In this document: positions 33,401 through 42,701 of the stretch, piece by piece | Layout: each line of letters opens with the position of its first letter | How positions within the stretch are numbered: position 1 is the stretch's first letter | Source: a virus | Taxonomy: Duplodnaviria > Heunggongvirae > Uroviricota > Caudoviricetes | Reading direction: 5' to 3' (one strand) | DNA: 64,000 nt | Virus record (IMG/VR): IMGVR_UViG_3300012979_000028 | Location: 85,985 to 149,984 of that record | Position numbers and translations under genes: made by a program | Notes under the pieces: model-generated | The model's input: only the letters and a program-made list of their open reading frames with translations | Database searches by the model: none | Told to the model about the DNA's origin: nothing

Positions 33401-35132
33401 GTGTATTCTTTAACTCATTGATGGTTAAAATTATATAACTCTTACCGTTAGCATTATAATCAATACCTAATACTTTCGCAACTGTTGTTTTAATATATAC
33501 ATTGTTAAATTTATCTACTCTAGCAAAATGTTTTCCTTTGTAGGAGAGTCTATTGTTTTCCAAGTTAGTTACTTTACTTAACTGTTTCATTGCTAACCGG
33601 TCATTGTAGATCTTTTCTGCACAGTCTATCATACTTCCATATAGATCTAATGTATCTAAGTCTATAATCTTTATGGCTCTAAGGGCATCTTTACCCTTTC
33701 TACCATAAGACGGATTATTCTCTCCTCTCTGGGAAATTCTCATTTTTGCTTTTGTATATTCAGATTTCAGTCCATTATACCCTCCGTACTCCAGGTTATA
33801 CCCTTTTCCGTGGTCTATAATAGTATCCAAAGTTGCGATATAATAGATCTCTCGTTCATTAAGCTCATCTAATGATGAACAATGTTCTATGATTTCTATT
33901 TCGAAATTAGTTATTCCATATTTCCTGATAGCTCGATATAGAGGGTAATTGTAACATTCAGCATTTTTATTAAACCCCGTTTCCTCGTGCAATCTGGTTC
34001 TGTTATTGAAATCAACGGTCTGTCCTATGTACAGTTTATTGTTGATAGTATTTGTTATTTTATAGATTACCCCGAAATATCCGACATAATCTTCTTCCGT
34101 AAACTTCTTATTAAATTTCTGTTTTTTCATAATTCATTAGAATTTATTTACGAAAGTATTATTTGATTATAATACACCCTAGATTTCTAGGTTCACAATC
34201 TTTTCATTAGCAAATTACTTTACTAAGGCGCCCATAATTTGACTTGACGCAAAATCTCCACGTGAGCTAGCAATCGAATTCATACTGTGTTCCATGTGTT
34301 GATATTGCTGCTCCGCCTCACGTCTAACTCGATTATATGCATATTTATCAGCCAAGGATTTATCTACATTACCTCCGGCCTCTTTAATTAGATCTTTATA
34401 CTGTTCGATGTAGAATTTGTAAGATTTTTCAGCATACTTAGCAAACACCCGGTCGATTTCTGGGATAGTGAAGCCTCCATATTGTTGTCCCGCTGCAGCG
34501 GAGATTAGATCCGTAGTTACTGACATTGCTGCTGCTAGAGATTTAGGCTCAGTATAATCTAGGTTAGCCAAACTAAAACCACCTTCAAGCACTCGACCTA
34601 GATTAAAAAGGCAACAATTGAAAGTACTAAGTCTATCTTTCATATCATGTATGTAGATAAAACCTTTCTCAGCAGCCTCTAGTTCTTCAGGGTTTAGAAA
34701 CAATCTTTTATATTTCTCTTTCTGCATCTCACCGAACAGGATACTTCTCTTTGTTGAAACTAGTAAAGAGTCAGCATTAGCATTACTTCTATCCTCTTTA
34801 TAGGATAGTTCAAGAGTTTTAGCATCAACTGCCTCCATGATTTTCAATGCACTCTCTTTATAATTTCGATACTGCCTGTAGCTTTCGGCAACTCTATGAA
34901 AACCAGAATCATCAAGAGCTACTTCTACGATATTATGAAGTTTTCTTACACCAATTTCAGGTTCAGTAATAAGTTCTAGGACTCGATCAGATACTTTCTT
35001 ACAATCCTCATCAGACATTACTTGGAGAATTCTTTCAGCGCTTTTTCGGATTGCTGTATGAATTTTCTCACGATCAAATGCCTCAGTAAATCCTTTCTGC
35101 TTTTTCTTTACTGTAATTTCACTGTCAATCAT
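30482..35132 (-). CDS. nrdD: class III anaerobic ribonucleotide reductase, 4 exons (35132-34247, 33205-32907, 31745-30847, 30575-30482; 725 aa)
   Basis: N-terminal ATP cone, YIHD, SSRGDFA|FITFTFG, PMG|CRAFL, CxxC...CxxC and glycyl-radical motif RRM|NGYLG are restored by splicing at U|...G junctions; exons sum to 2178 nt, in frame. Confidence 0.93.
30576..30846 (-). mobile_element. group I intron 3 of nrdD (271 nt, no ORF)
   Basis: Exon ends in U and intron ends in G; core elements CAACGACTATC and GATATAGTCTAG; removal restores RRMNGYLG. Confidence 0.88.
31746..32906 (-). mobile_element. group I intron 2 of nrdD (1161 nt) carrying a homing endonuclease
   Basis: GGT|...G|TGT junction; TAGAGACTATC and GAGATAGTCC core elements. 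Confidence 0.88.
31909..32652 (-). CDS. intron-encoded GIY-YIG homing endonuclease
   Basis: GYIY...YVGQT...R..EH...E..YI...GYN, followed by NUMOD3-like repeats. Confidence 0.9.
   Translation of the reverse strand: MKGYIYLYTHRKSETEIKYYVGQTIHLVRRQHEHRKARGNFYFDKAVKKYGYEAFEFSILEEIDLPTKAEVKTKLDELEIYYITKYNSISNGYNIKPGGKSNKSEFDSDALEKMSSAAKLQWSNLEFKEKRSKEMKDLWKSDKYRNKVSKGVKAAWKSKEYRDNIIEKRKEMWRDPEFREKMKNIKKSPKRGIQVMYTDLNTGFSKIYESISKLIRDENLKNKNKITEQLKLNKIYKTNNYKLELIQ
33206..34246 (-). mobile_element. group I intron 1 of nrdD (1041 nt) carrying a homing endonuclease
   Basis: GCG T|...G|TC ATA junction; TAACGACTATC and GATATAGTCT core elements. Confidence 0.88.
33384..34130 (-). CDS. intron-encoded GIY-YIG homing endonuclease
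   Basis: GVIYKITN...YIGQT...E..YI...GYN. Confidence 0.9.
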   Translation of the reverse strand: MKKQKFNKKFTEEDYVGYFGVIYKITNTINNKLYIGQTVDFNNRTRLHEETGFNKNAECYNYPLYRAIRKYGITNFEIEIIEHCSSLDELNEREIYYIATLDTIIDHGKGYNLEYGGYNGLKSEYTKAKMRISQRGENNPSYGRKGKDALRAIKIIDLDTLDLYGSMIDCAEKIYNDRLAMKQLSKVTNLENNRLSYKGKHFARVDKFNNVYIKTTVAKVLGIDYNANGKSYIILTINELKNTLSKKA

Positions 35133-35306
35133 TTCTTTTTGTTTTTAAGTAAACTAATATCAGTCAAGTTCCATAGTATCCAGCCATATATACTAAGAAC
35201 TATTTTCACAAGTTTTCTAAGATATAATTTATTCCTAGACCTAAGAGAAAAATAAAACTCATCATTGTGAAGTATAGGATCATTGTAGATATTCTTCCTG
35301 GCCTTT

Positions 35307-35492
35307 TCATAGTTTTTCTTTGAATTTATTTAGGAAGTCAGTTTTCTCTCTGGTATAGCAATTTCCAGTTTCAATAGACCTATATACAACACACGGAATC
35401 CATTTTCTAGTACTTGGGTCTTTAAGTTCTCCCTCCTCTAAAACCACATATTCGTTACCGGTTTTACTGAATATATAAACTTTACCTTTCAT
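35307..35492 (-). CDS. DUF1653-like small protein
   Basis: GNEYVV...VVYRS...YTRE..DFL.KF pattern. Confidence 0.6.
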   Translation of the reverse strand: MKGKVYIFSKTGNEYVVLEEGELKDPSTRKWIPCVVYRSIETGNCYTREKTDFLNKFKEKL

Positions 35493-35556
35493 AATTTATA
35501 ATATTTATTTATCACTTTCAAATATGAGGTTTTAGGTGGAAGTTATAGGAGAATCT

Positions 35557-36168
35557 TTAAAAAATGCCTAGTAAATTAGTAATCAGGTTATCGTTATCAT
35601 TAGGTAGTCCTCCGAAATCGCTACAATTGACTTCAGTGATAGTAGTTTCCTCAATAACCTCACCTACTGTTTCGCTAGATAGGTCGTAATTAATTTTTTC
35701 TTTAGTTACAAATGATATTTCTTTTTTCTGTAAGCACCCTGTCTTAGAGTAGTTAGCATCTGCGTCTCTAAATTCTTTTGCCCAGTATCTTGCCCAATCA
35801 GATTCAAATACAGAGTTTATAGTATCATCATCGCCCCAATCTTTAGGAGAGGTACCAGCGGGGAAGAATTTGTCTAGTAGTCCGGGTTTTGGTTTAGGGC
35901 AATCTAGTCTAATATCAACCTCAGTATAATTTCCGTCGATTAGTAGTGAAGTATCGGAATCAGTCTGTTTGAATTCCCAATAAAAGTAGCCTGGTTTATT
36001 TCCTTGTTTCCATAGACCATTATTACTTAGTAGGTCATCCCAGATATCATCAATAAGAACTACGGTATTATCAGCAGTTCCGGTAGTAGTTATAAGTGTT
36101 TGGTCTTGAAGGACTTGAGAATTATCATAGATCCATGGTTGACCTTTAATAGTTACAGTGTTGCTCAT
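35557..36168 (-). CDS. hypothetical acidic protein (203 aa)
   Basis: ORF; upstream CCTTAATT motif. Confidence 0.7.
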   Translation of the reverse strand: MSNTVTIKGQPWIYDNSQVLQDQTLITTTGTADNTVVLIDDIWDDLLSNNGLWKQGNKPGYFYWEFKQTDSDTSLLIDGNYTEVDIRLDCPKPKPGLLDKFFPAGTSPKDWGDDDTINSVFESDWARYWAKEFRDADANYSKTGCLQKKEISFVTKEKINYDLSSETVGEVIEETTITEVNCSDFGGLPNDNDNLITNLLGIF

Positions 36169-36255
36169 GTTATATTTAAAAATTAAGGAAAAGAAAAAAG
36201 AAGTATAACAAACAACTTTACATTATTCATTATACTTTCTTTTATATTCTATAGT

Positions 36256-37263
36256 TTATTTTTCATCGATAGTTAGTTTCTCAGCCGCCATCAGATAAGA
36301 ATAGACGTTAAAGAATTCGCTATCATAAGGTGGGAAGTGTATAAAGTCAGTTGAGAAGTGTCTATTAATCATGCCTATAACTTCTTTATCACCAGCTTCG
36401 ATATATTTTTTGAAGAAGTAAGCTAGACCTCCCAAGATAAGAATACCTTCCACCACATCAATTTGATTAGAGTATTCGTTTTCAACTAATTCAAGAACTT
36501 CCTCTAAGTATTTTTTAGTAAATTCGTCTACCTGTTTAGAGATATCATATTTAACACCTCTTCTCACAAAAGTTCCATTATTATCTAGGATTTTCTGAGC
36601 TTCTTTAACGGAGATTTGATATTTATACTCTTTGAATAGGTAGTCTACAATTTTATAAGCTATTCGAATGACTCCAGTATTTTCTAGACCAACCGCAGTA
36701 CCAGAGCTTGACTTAGAATTAACGATCTCACAGCAGTCAACGGTTAAGAATCCACCATCAATGATAATAAAGTTTTTCAATTTTGGTTCATTCTTAGGGT
36801 CTTTAATATCTAGTCCTCTTTCGTAGTATGCTAGTTTACAGCTTAATCCTTGAGGTAAGCACATAAAATAGTTGTCATCGCGAATCATAAGGACATCTCT
36901 CAGGTGGTCTAGGAGTTCATCTGCTTTATCTGAAAATGCCATACTAAGACCGATTACAACTTTATCGAATCTATCTGCACCTCCGTATTTCTTTAGAAGG
37001 TAAGAGATCCAGATTGGGTAGACAGCTTTAAGATCTTCAAAATTTTCAAGTTTCATAATATTAGATCTTGAAGTTTTAAGAGCTGACGGACCGATAATAT
37101 AGTAATTAAGACCTAGCTGGAACATTACATCATCATCTGCTTCCATAGGTTGATCTACTTTAGCTACAGCCGAAATAAATTTATCAAACTGTAGAGCACC
37201 TGTTTCAGTATAATAAGCCACTTTTACATTTGAATAGCCTAAGTCAATTGCTAAGATTCTCAT
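36256..37263 (-). CDS. ParM/StbA-like actin-family ATPase
   Basis: Phosphate-1 AIDLGYSNVK, PQG, phosphate-2 IIDGGFLTVD, adenosine motif LILGGLA. Confidence 0.85.
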   Translation of the reverse strand: MRILAIDLGYSNVKVAYYTETGALQFDKFISAVAKVDQPMEADDDVMFQLGLNYYIIGPSALKTSRSNIMKLENFEDLKAVYPIWISYLLKKYGGADRFDKVVIGLSMAFSDKADELLDHLRDVLMIRDDNYFMCLPQGLSCKLAYYERGLDIKDPKNEPKLKNFIIIDGGFLTVDCCEIVNSKSSSGTAVGLENTGVIRIAYKIVDYLFKEYKYQISVKEAQKILDNNGTFVRRGVKYDISKQVDEFTKKYLEEVLELVENEYSNQIDVVEGILILGGLAYFFKKYIEAGDKEVIGMINRHFSTDFIHFPPYDSEFFNVYSYLMAAEKLTIDEK

Positions 37264-37571
37264 AATTTTTCTATAATATTTTTTAATGATTCTAAGACTT
37301 CTTTTTTCAATTTCTGTGATTTTAATTCTTCTATAAAAATGTTAAAATATTCTTTTGGCATATCGGGTAGTAATTCAGTGAAGCCGTTAGCAATAAGTCC
37401 AATACCGAATAAGTTATTTTCAAATCTTACTATAATGAGTTGTTGAATATCACCATCTCCCGAAGTATTTTTATAACCCAATAATAATTCACCTTTTAAC
37501 AATGAAGAGTGAATACTACACCAGACTTCATTAGCAACTTCCTCTGAATTAGTCCAACCGAATAGTTCCAT
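37260..37571 (-). CDS. hypothetical protein
   Basis: ORF overlapping the start of the ParM-like gene. Confidence 0.7.
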   Translation of the reverse strand: MELFGWTNSEEVANEVWCSIHSSLLKGELLLGYKNTSGDGDIQQLIIVRFENNLFGIGLIANGFTELLPDMPKEYFNIFIEELKSQKLKKEVLESLKNIIEKL

Positions 37572-37580
37572 AATATTATT

Positions 37581-38048
37581 TTAAAATTTACCAGAATGAC
37601 CAAAACCACCACCTCGATCGTTAGTAGTATCAATCTCAGAGACTTCAACGGAATTAACGTCATTTACAAGTTTACCTACTACGAATTGTGCTATACGTTC
37701 ACCCGGTTCTACTGTATATGGGGTATTGCTTAGGTTTACTAGGATTACTTTAATTTCGTCTTTGTAACCTGAATCAATTGTCCCGGGTGTATTAAGAACT
37801 GTAACGCCATATTTTAGAGCCAATCCACTTCTCGGTCTCACTTGAATTTCGTAACCCTCTGGAATATTAGCACAAAGACCTGTCGGGAATAAGTATCTTT
37901 CGAGTGGTTGGAGTGTGATAGGTTGTTGAATAGTAGTCCTCACATCCATTCCTGCGTCCCCTGGTTTAGCATAACTTGGTAGGGTAGCTGTTTCATCAAT
38001 CTTTTTAAATTCTAGTTTCATAAATTGTAGTTTACTTTTGTTCTCCAT
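37581..38048 (-). CDS. dut: trimeric dUTPase
   Basis: AGMDV, RPRSGLA, GTIDSGY, RIAQ, RGGGFGHSG. Confidence 0.97.
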   Translation of the reverse strand: MENKSKLQFMKLEFKKIDETATLPSYAKPGDAGMDVRTTIQQPITLQPLERYLFPTGLCANIPEGYEIQVRPRSGLALKYGVTVLNTPGTIDSGYKDEIKVILVNLSNTPYTVEPGERIAQFVVGKLVNDVNSVEVSEIDTTNDRGGGFGHSGKF

Positions 38049-38467
38049 TTAAATAGCCAAGAATTACCTGAAATAAATCTAATCTTACCGCCCGCTAGGA
38101 TATCAGGTCCTTTTTCCAGTTCCCTTGGGTTAGTCCAGAATACATTAAACCCCCAATTCTCTGGACTTAGGCAAACTCTTTCTTCAATCAATTTACCGGA
38201 TCCAATCAATTTATTTAGGTTATACATTAGTTTTTCGTAATCCTCTGGAAGTAGATAAGTTGGTTCTACAAGTTCCTCTAAGTCTAAGCAGTAATAATTT
38301 AGGACATGCAATCGTAAAGAGGTTCCTGGGACTTCGAATGCTAATGACTTTGTATCAATATCGAACCATACTTTAATAGGCTTAGGATTCTCGCACACTA
38401 TTACTTTATCATTGAAAACTGTCAGTGAGTTATGAATCTCTATTAAGTCTGATTGTAACTTTGTCAT
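38018..38467 (-). CDS. hypothetical protein
   Basis: ORF. Confidence 0.7.
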   Translation of the reverse strand: MTKLQSDLIEIHNSLTVFNDKVIVCENPKPIKVWFDIDTKSLAFEVPGTSLRLHVLNYYCLDLEELVEPTYLLPEDYEKLMYNLNKLIGSGKLIEERVCLSPENWGFNVFWTNPRELEKGPDILAGGKIRFISGNSWLFKWRTKVNYNL

Positions 38468-38540
38468 AATATTTATATCTCAATTAAGGAAATGAAAGGC
38501 TGCTACAGTTTTATATTAAGTAAACAGCCTCTTATATTTA

Positions 38541-39167
38541 TTACTCTTCACTAGCTGCAACGAAAATATCAAGGCCACATTCACTAAGTAGATCATAAAT
38601 TTTATTCACAAGATTATAGTTAATTTGACCAGATAGTGATTTAATAGAGTCTAGGTCATTTAGTAGTTTTGTGAAAGGATTCTTAAGACCACTAAACTTA
38701 TCTGAATCAAACAAACCTGACTGATCTACAATCTGATGAAGAATCTTAGTAAGGTCATTTCTATCAGCCGGAATAATCTTTGTAGCCGTAGGATAGTCAT
38801 TCTGAATAAAGTTTCTATCAATAATATTCCACTCAGTCTGCTCTCCATTCGTAATACCTACCGGATTCTCCTCATCATCAGCTACGTTAATAATCTGGAA
38901 CATATAACCAGCCTCTACCAAGAAGTGATTAATACAAGATAGGTCACGTCTAGTCAATACTCTATTCGATGAACTAATAGCCTCTACTAGTGCATCATTT
39001 CCAATACCACCTTCGAATTTCTCTAGATTATTCTTTAGAAAACCTTTTACAAACTCTTCAGCAGTTACACCCATTGCATCACGATCAAAACGATTACGTG
39101 CAATACATCTACCAGCACGTGCAGAACTTTCACCTGCCGGAATTGAATACAAATTTACTTCAATCAT
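38541..39167 (-). CDS. hypothetical protein (208 aa)
   Basis: ORF. Confidence 0.75.
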   Translation of the reverse strand: MIEVNLYSIPAGESSARAGRCIARNRFDRDAMGVTAEEFVKGFLKNNLEKFEGGIGNDALVEAISSSNRVLTRRDLSCINHFLVEAGYMFQIINVADDEENPVGITNGEQTEWNIIDRNFIQNDYPTATKIIPADRNDLTKILHQIVDQSGLFDSDKFSGLKNPFTKLLNDLDSIKSLSGQINYNLVNKIYDLLSECGLDIFVAASEE

Positions 39168-39579
39168 TATTACTATTATTTATTAAATTTAAATCTATTG
39201 TTCCTGTAATCATAAGCATAATAGCCCATAATCTTTCTTCAATCTTTCCATCTGCAAATAACATCTTTTCAAAACTAGTAAACTCACCAGCTGTCATAAG
39301 AGCCTCTGCAATATCATGAAAATCTACTTCTTTACCATCCATCCACTTAATCTGTTCTTCAATAAGGTAGGATTGTAGTGGACCATTCATAATAACTCTA
39401 GGATCAAGAAGTTCAAATTCCTCTATTAGAAAAACATCCTTCAGTAATGTCCATATGTCTGAAATTCTAAGATTCATTTTCCAGTTATTACCTAGTATAG
39501 TACAAGCTGAAATTACTGTAGACGTATAATCTTTAGAATATTTTGTCTTTATCATAGTCTTTCTTTTAATACTATCCAA
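39160..39579 (-). CDS. hypothetical protein
   Basis: ORF overlapping the 3' end of the ligase gene. Confidence 0.7.
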   Translation of the reverse strand: MDSIKRKTMIKTKYSKDYTSTVISACTILGNNWKMNLRISDIWTLLKDVFLIEEFELLDPRVIMNGPLQSYLIEEQIKWMDGKEVDFHDIAEALMTAGEFTSFEKMLFADGKIEERLWAIMLMITGTIDLNLINNSNND

Positions 39580-41033
39580 GAAGCTTTCCAGACTAGTTCA
39601 AGATTTCTTTTCTGTAAGTCTGTTTTCATAAATCCTAACAAGTAATCATGATATTCTTTCTCCTGTGAATTCTTAACATAGCCGAGGAGAGTAAGTTTAT
39701 CAATCCCAGTAGTCTCCCATTTAAATCTATCTATGACTAAGAATTTATTAAGGTCAAGGTCTTCTGGTTTTGTGCAAGATCCCAGTACACCTCTCATTCT
39801 ATCCAATCTCTCAGAACATAATGGATTTCCACACTTCAGATTAGAACTATAAACATCAACCTCAGACATCTTATAACCACAGCTACACGTCGGCCACATA
39901 AAATTTCCGTTACCTTGAGAAAATACATCGCCTACCATTGGAATTGTTGAGTTAGCTAGGATTATACTTACCTCAGCCCCTGGAGTAATATTATTCTTAA
40001 CCATTTTACCAACCGAACCTGCACTAGGCTTTCTGATTGTAGTTCCTTTTATTACTACCGGATCAATCTCTACATTAGCTGACCAACTATCTTTTCCTTT
40101 AGGGTTTTGATTATTCCACTTTATTCCTCTTACTGTCGTTTTAATTACTGCATCCCCTACACCAGCCCCTGAATATTTAAGAGCTCCTTGACAAATACCG
40201 CAAGAATCATATAAAACCCAACCATCATTAAGGAAAGTACCAGTTGATGTTGAAGTTCTATCCAGTTCACAAAATCCAGGGAGTGCTTTTAATTCATCTA
40301 CAGTCCATACATCAGCGGGAGCAAAAAGCACATGACCATCAATAACAGACTTAACGGTTGGAAATGATCTAAGAACTTCTCTATAATCTGAATTTCTAAG
40401 TTTTAGTCCAAGAACTGTTTCATCTGTATAATATCTGTAGGCTCTGATTGTAAGTAGATTATTAACCTCATCATCACAATACTTCGAGTTTATCAGGCCG
40501 TTAGCTTTCTGTCTTGCTCTTTCAGGATCTCCATCATTAAACCTATCAATATCCACTAGAGCCTCTGCCTGAATAGCTACAATGCCTTTAGGAAATCGAG
40601 AGGGAAGAAATTTAATAAGCTTCCAAGTCTGATCTACACCAAAATCATCCAAGTTCAAGTTTCCAACAGTTACTACACGTCTTGGAATTCCTGTAAGTGG
40701 GTCAAGGTAGATAGCCAAAGAAGATCCATCATATTTAAGGTCACAGTATAATTTTTTGCCTAAGTTTGATTCCGCTGTAGAAATAGCCTCAAGCATAGTT
40801 TTATCAGTCACCTTTTCTTTTTTAATTCTTTCTATGTATGAGTTTTTTGTCTTAGTACCCATCAAAAAAGTCCTAAATACATAATCCCTGACATAGAATT
40901 TATCTTCCAACGCCGCTCTTTTCTCAAGTTCATCATACTCTGAATCTAACATACCTGTAGGAATTGAATCTACATAATAATTTTTACAAGCTATAATAAG
41001 CCTATCCCATTTGTTTAAAATTTCCTCTGTCAT
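39552..41033 (-). CDS. ligA: NAD-dependent DNA ligase (compact, divergent)
   Basis: Domain Ia YY...P...DSEYDEL, adenylation motif KYDG, EAL, DGWV, OB region and CSC...C..P.C zinc finger; no BRCT visible. Confidence 0.85.
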   Translation of the reverse strand: MTEEILNKWDRLIIACKNYYVDSIPTGMLDSEYDELEKRAALEDKFYVRDYVFRTFLMGTKTKNSYIERIKKEKVTDKTMLEAISTAESNLGKKLYCDLKYDGSSLAIYLDPLTGIPRRVVTVGNLNLDDFGVDQTWKLIKFLPSRFPKGIVAIQAEALVDIDRFNDGDPERARQKANGLINSKYCDDEVNNLLTIRAYRYYTDETVLGLKLRNSDYREVLRSFPTVKSVIDGHVLFAPADVWTVDELKALPGFCELDRTSTSTGTFLNDGWVLYDSCGICQGALKYSGAGVGDAVIKTTVRGIKWNNQNPKGKDSWSANVEIDPVVIKGTTIRKPSAGSVGKMVKNNITPGAEVSIILANSTIPMVGDVFSQGNGNFMWPTCSCGYKMSEVDVYSSNLKCGNPLCSERLDRMRGVLGSCTKPEDLDLNKFLVIDRFKWETTGIDKLTLLGYVKNSQEKEYHDYLLGFMKTDLQKRNLELVWKASWIVLKERL

Positions 41034-41124
41034 ATATGTTAATTTTCTGTTAGTATTTCATATATGAGAATAATAGACGATAATATATCCATTTTTGAAA
41101 AAAAAATAAGATGACTTCTTACTG

Positions 41125-41604
41125 TCATCCTATCACTGATTCTGAGTCGAAGATATAAATTGTCTCTACATCCCACGGGTTAAAGTCTAGGTAATCTTTT
41201 GGTGCGAAATGGTGAAACCTTATAACTCCTTTCTCAGTTAACCAGAATGCATCATATCCAAGCTCCCTTAGTTTATCCCAATCTACAACTTTCTTACCTA
41301 AGACTGAATTATATCTCATTGGAAGCTGAAATAAATCCTCCTCATTATTTAATATAAAAATCTTAGAACCTTTCTTTAATCTTAATTCCTGTACACTAGC
41401 CGGTTTATGTCCAATCTCTTCTTCTAAAAAATTTTTCCAACTTATTCTAGAGTTCTTGGGAGATGTCCAGAGTCCGTGTATAGGTTTATTCAAGAATTCA
41501 TTAAGCTCACTATGTATTCCTGTCTGATGTTTTTCTTTCTTATAGCCATCCTCAGAGCAAAATACAGTAACTATTTCCCAATCACTCCTCGTAACTAGTT
41601 TCAT
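41125..41604 (-). CDS. hypothetical protein
   Basis: ORF with GLWTSP, GYDA and WDVET motifs; function not assignable. Confidence 0.7.
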   Translation of the reverse strand: MKLVTRSDWEIVTVFCSEDGYKKEKHQTGIHSELNEFLNKPIHGLWTSPKNSRISWKNFLEEEIGHKPASVQELRLKKGSKIFILNNEEDLFQLPMRYNSVLGKKVVDWDKLRELGYDAFWLTEKGVIRFHHFAPKDYLDFNPWDVETIYIFDSESVIG

Positions 41605-41963
41605 ATAAATTTTTTAATAATAGATTTAAGTCGTTTTGCTATATTCTTAGCATTAATAGAAAATTCAATATAAGTATTAGAGACTTTGAGATCTTCTTCA
41701 AAAACAGAAAAACTACTATACTTTAATGAAGTTAACTTCATTATTTTTCTACTATGTATAACGTAGACCTGGTAGTAATATCCTTTAAATCTACTCGGGT
41801 TAGTTTTAAGTATTTTTTCAATAGTAGGTAATGCATTATCTCCCCATATTAGTAGAAAATTATCTTCACCGCAGATTGCATATTCTATTCCGCTAAGTGG
41901 TAAAATTATATCTCCATTACCAAAAATTATCTTACCATTAATAAAACTTTTCTTTATTAACAT
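41601..41963 (-). CDS. hypothetical protein
   Basis: ORF. Confidence 0.65.
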   Translation of the reverse strand: MLIKKSFINGKIIFGNGDIILPLSGIEYAICGEDNFLLIWGDNALPTIEKILKTNPSRFKGYYYQVYVIHSRKIMKLTSLKYSSFSVFEEDLKVSNTYIEFSINAKNIAKRLKSIIKKFI

Positions 41964-42047
41964 AATTTATCATTCTCTTCATTCTTAAGACTTTTAGGGG
42001 AAGAGAAAAAAGAAGAGAGCCATATTTCAGGTTCTCCTCTCTTTTAT

Positions 42048-42701
42048 TTATAGTAATGGTCCATTCGATAATAACTCATCATTACTAGCTTTCAGGTTCT
42101 CTAATCTAAAGTATCTATCTACGTTTTTAAATTGGGTTAGAAATTTTTGCTTCCAGACTTTATCACCATTATCTGAGGAGTAAATTAGGTCTTCAAAATC
42201 TACTCTACTGTCCTCTATAATATGATTCAGTTCAGGATTAGCTAAATATTTCTGAGCCTCTCCTTTTCGTAATTCAGCTAGTGTAATATGAGGTGTATAT
42301 TCAGCAAAACTTGATTCAACTCTATATTTTGTTCTAAGTCCTTTATTAATTAGATTCAGAATGCCATAGATCTCATTATTCTTCTTAAGTTTTAGGATAA
42401 CATAATCAGAGTCATTACTAAAGCTGGAAAGTTCGAATAGGTCTGAAACTTCTCTAAATCTTTCATTCTTACAATAACTAATAAACTCTTCGTATTTTTC
42501 ATCCCCCAGAATTAACTTAATGTCTTCGAGGATTGTATTTTTAGGAAGAATTTTATTAGAACTATAGAGCACTGTAATATGAGAATCTAGTTCAAGTCCT
42601 GTGTCATATAGATCATCTTCATTGAAAACACTACCTAGATCTACTGGAGTATATAAACCAATACCCCAGAGAAGGCAGCTATTGATATTATTTACTTCCA
42701 T
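42048..42701 (-). CDS. 2H phosphoesterase (T4 gp57B/Acb1-like)
   Basis: Two HxT motifs, SHITVLY and YTPHITLA. Confidence 0.8.
   Translation of the reverse strand: MEVNNINSCLLWGIGLYTPVDLGSVFNEDDLYDTGLELDSHITVLYSSNKILPKNTILEDIKLILGDEKYEEFISYCKNERFREVSDLFELSSFSNDSDYVILKLKKNNEIYGILNLINKGLRTKYRVESSFAEYTPHITLAELRKGEAQKYLANPELNHIIEDSRVDFEDLIYSSDNGDKVWKQKFLTQFKNVDRYFRLENLKASNDELLSNGPLL

Noticed and set aside
41125..41604. ADP-ribosyltransferase-like fold for the GLWTSP protein
   Set aside because: Only a vague motif impression; it needs a structure or HMM search.
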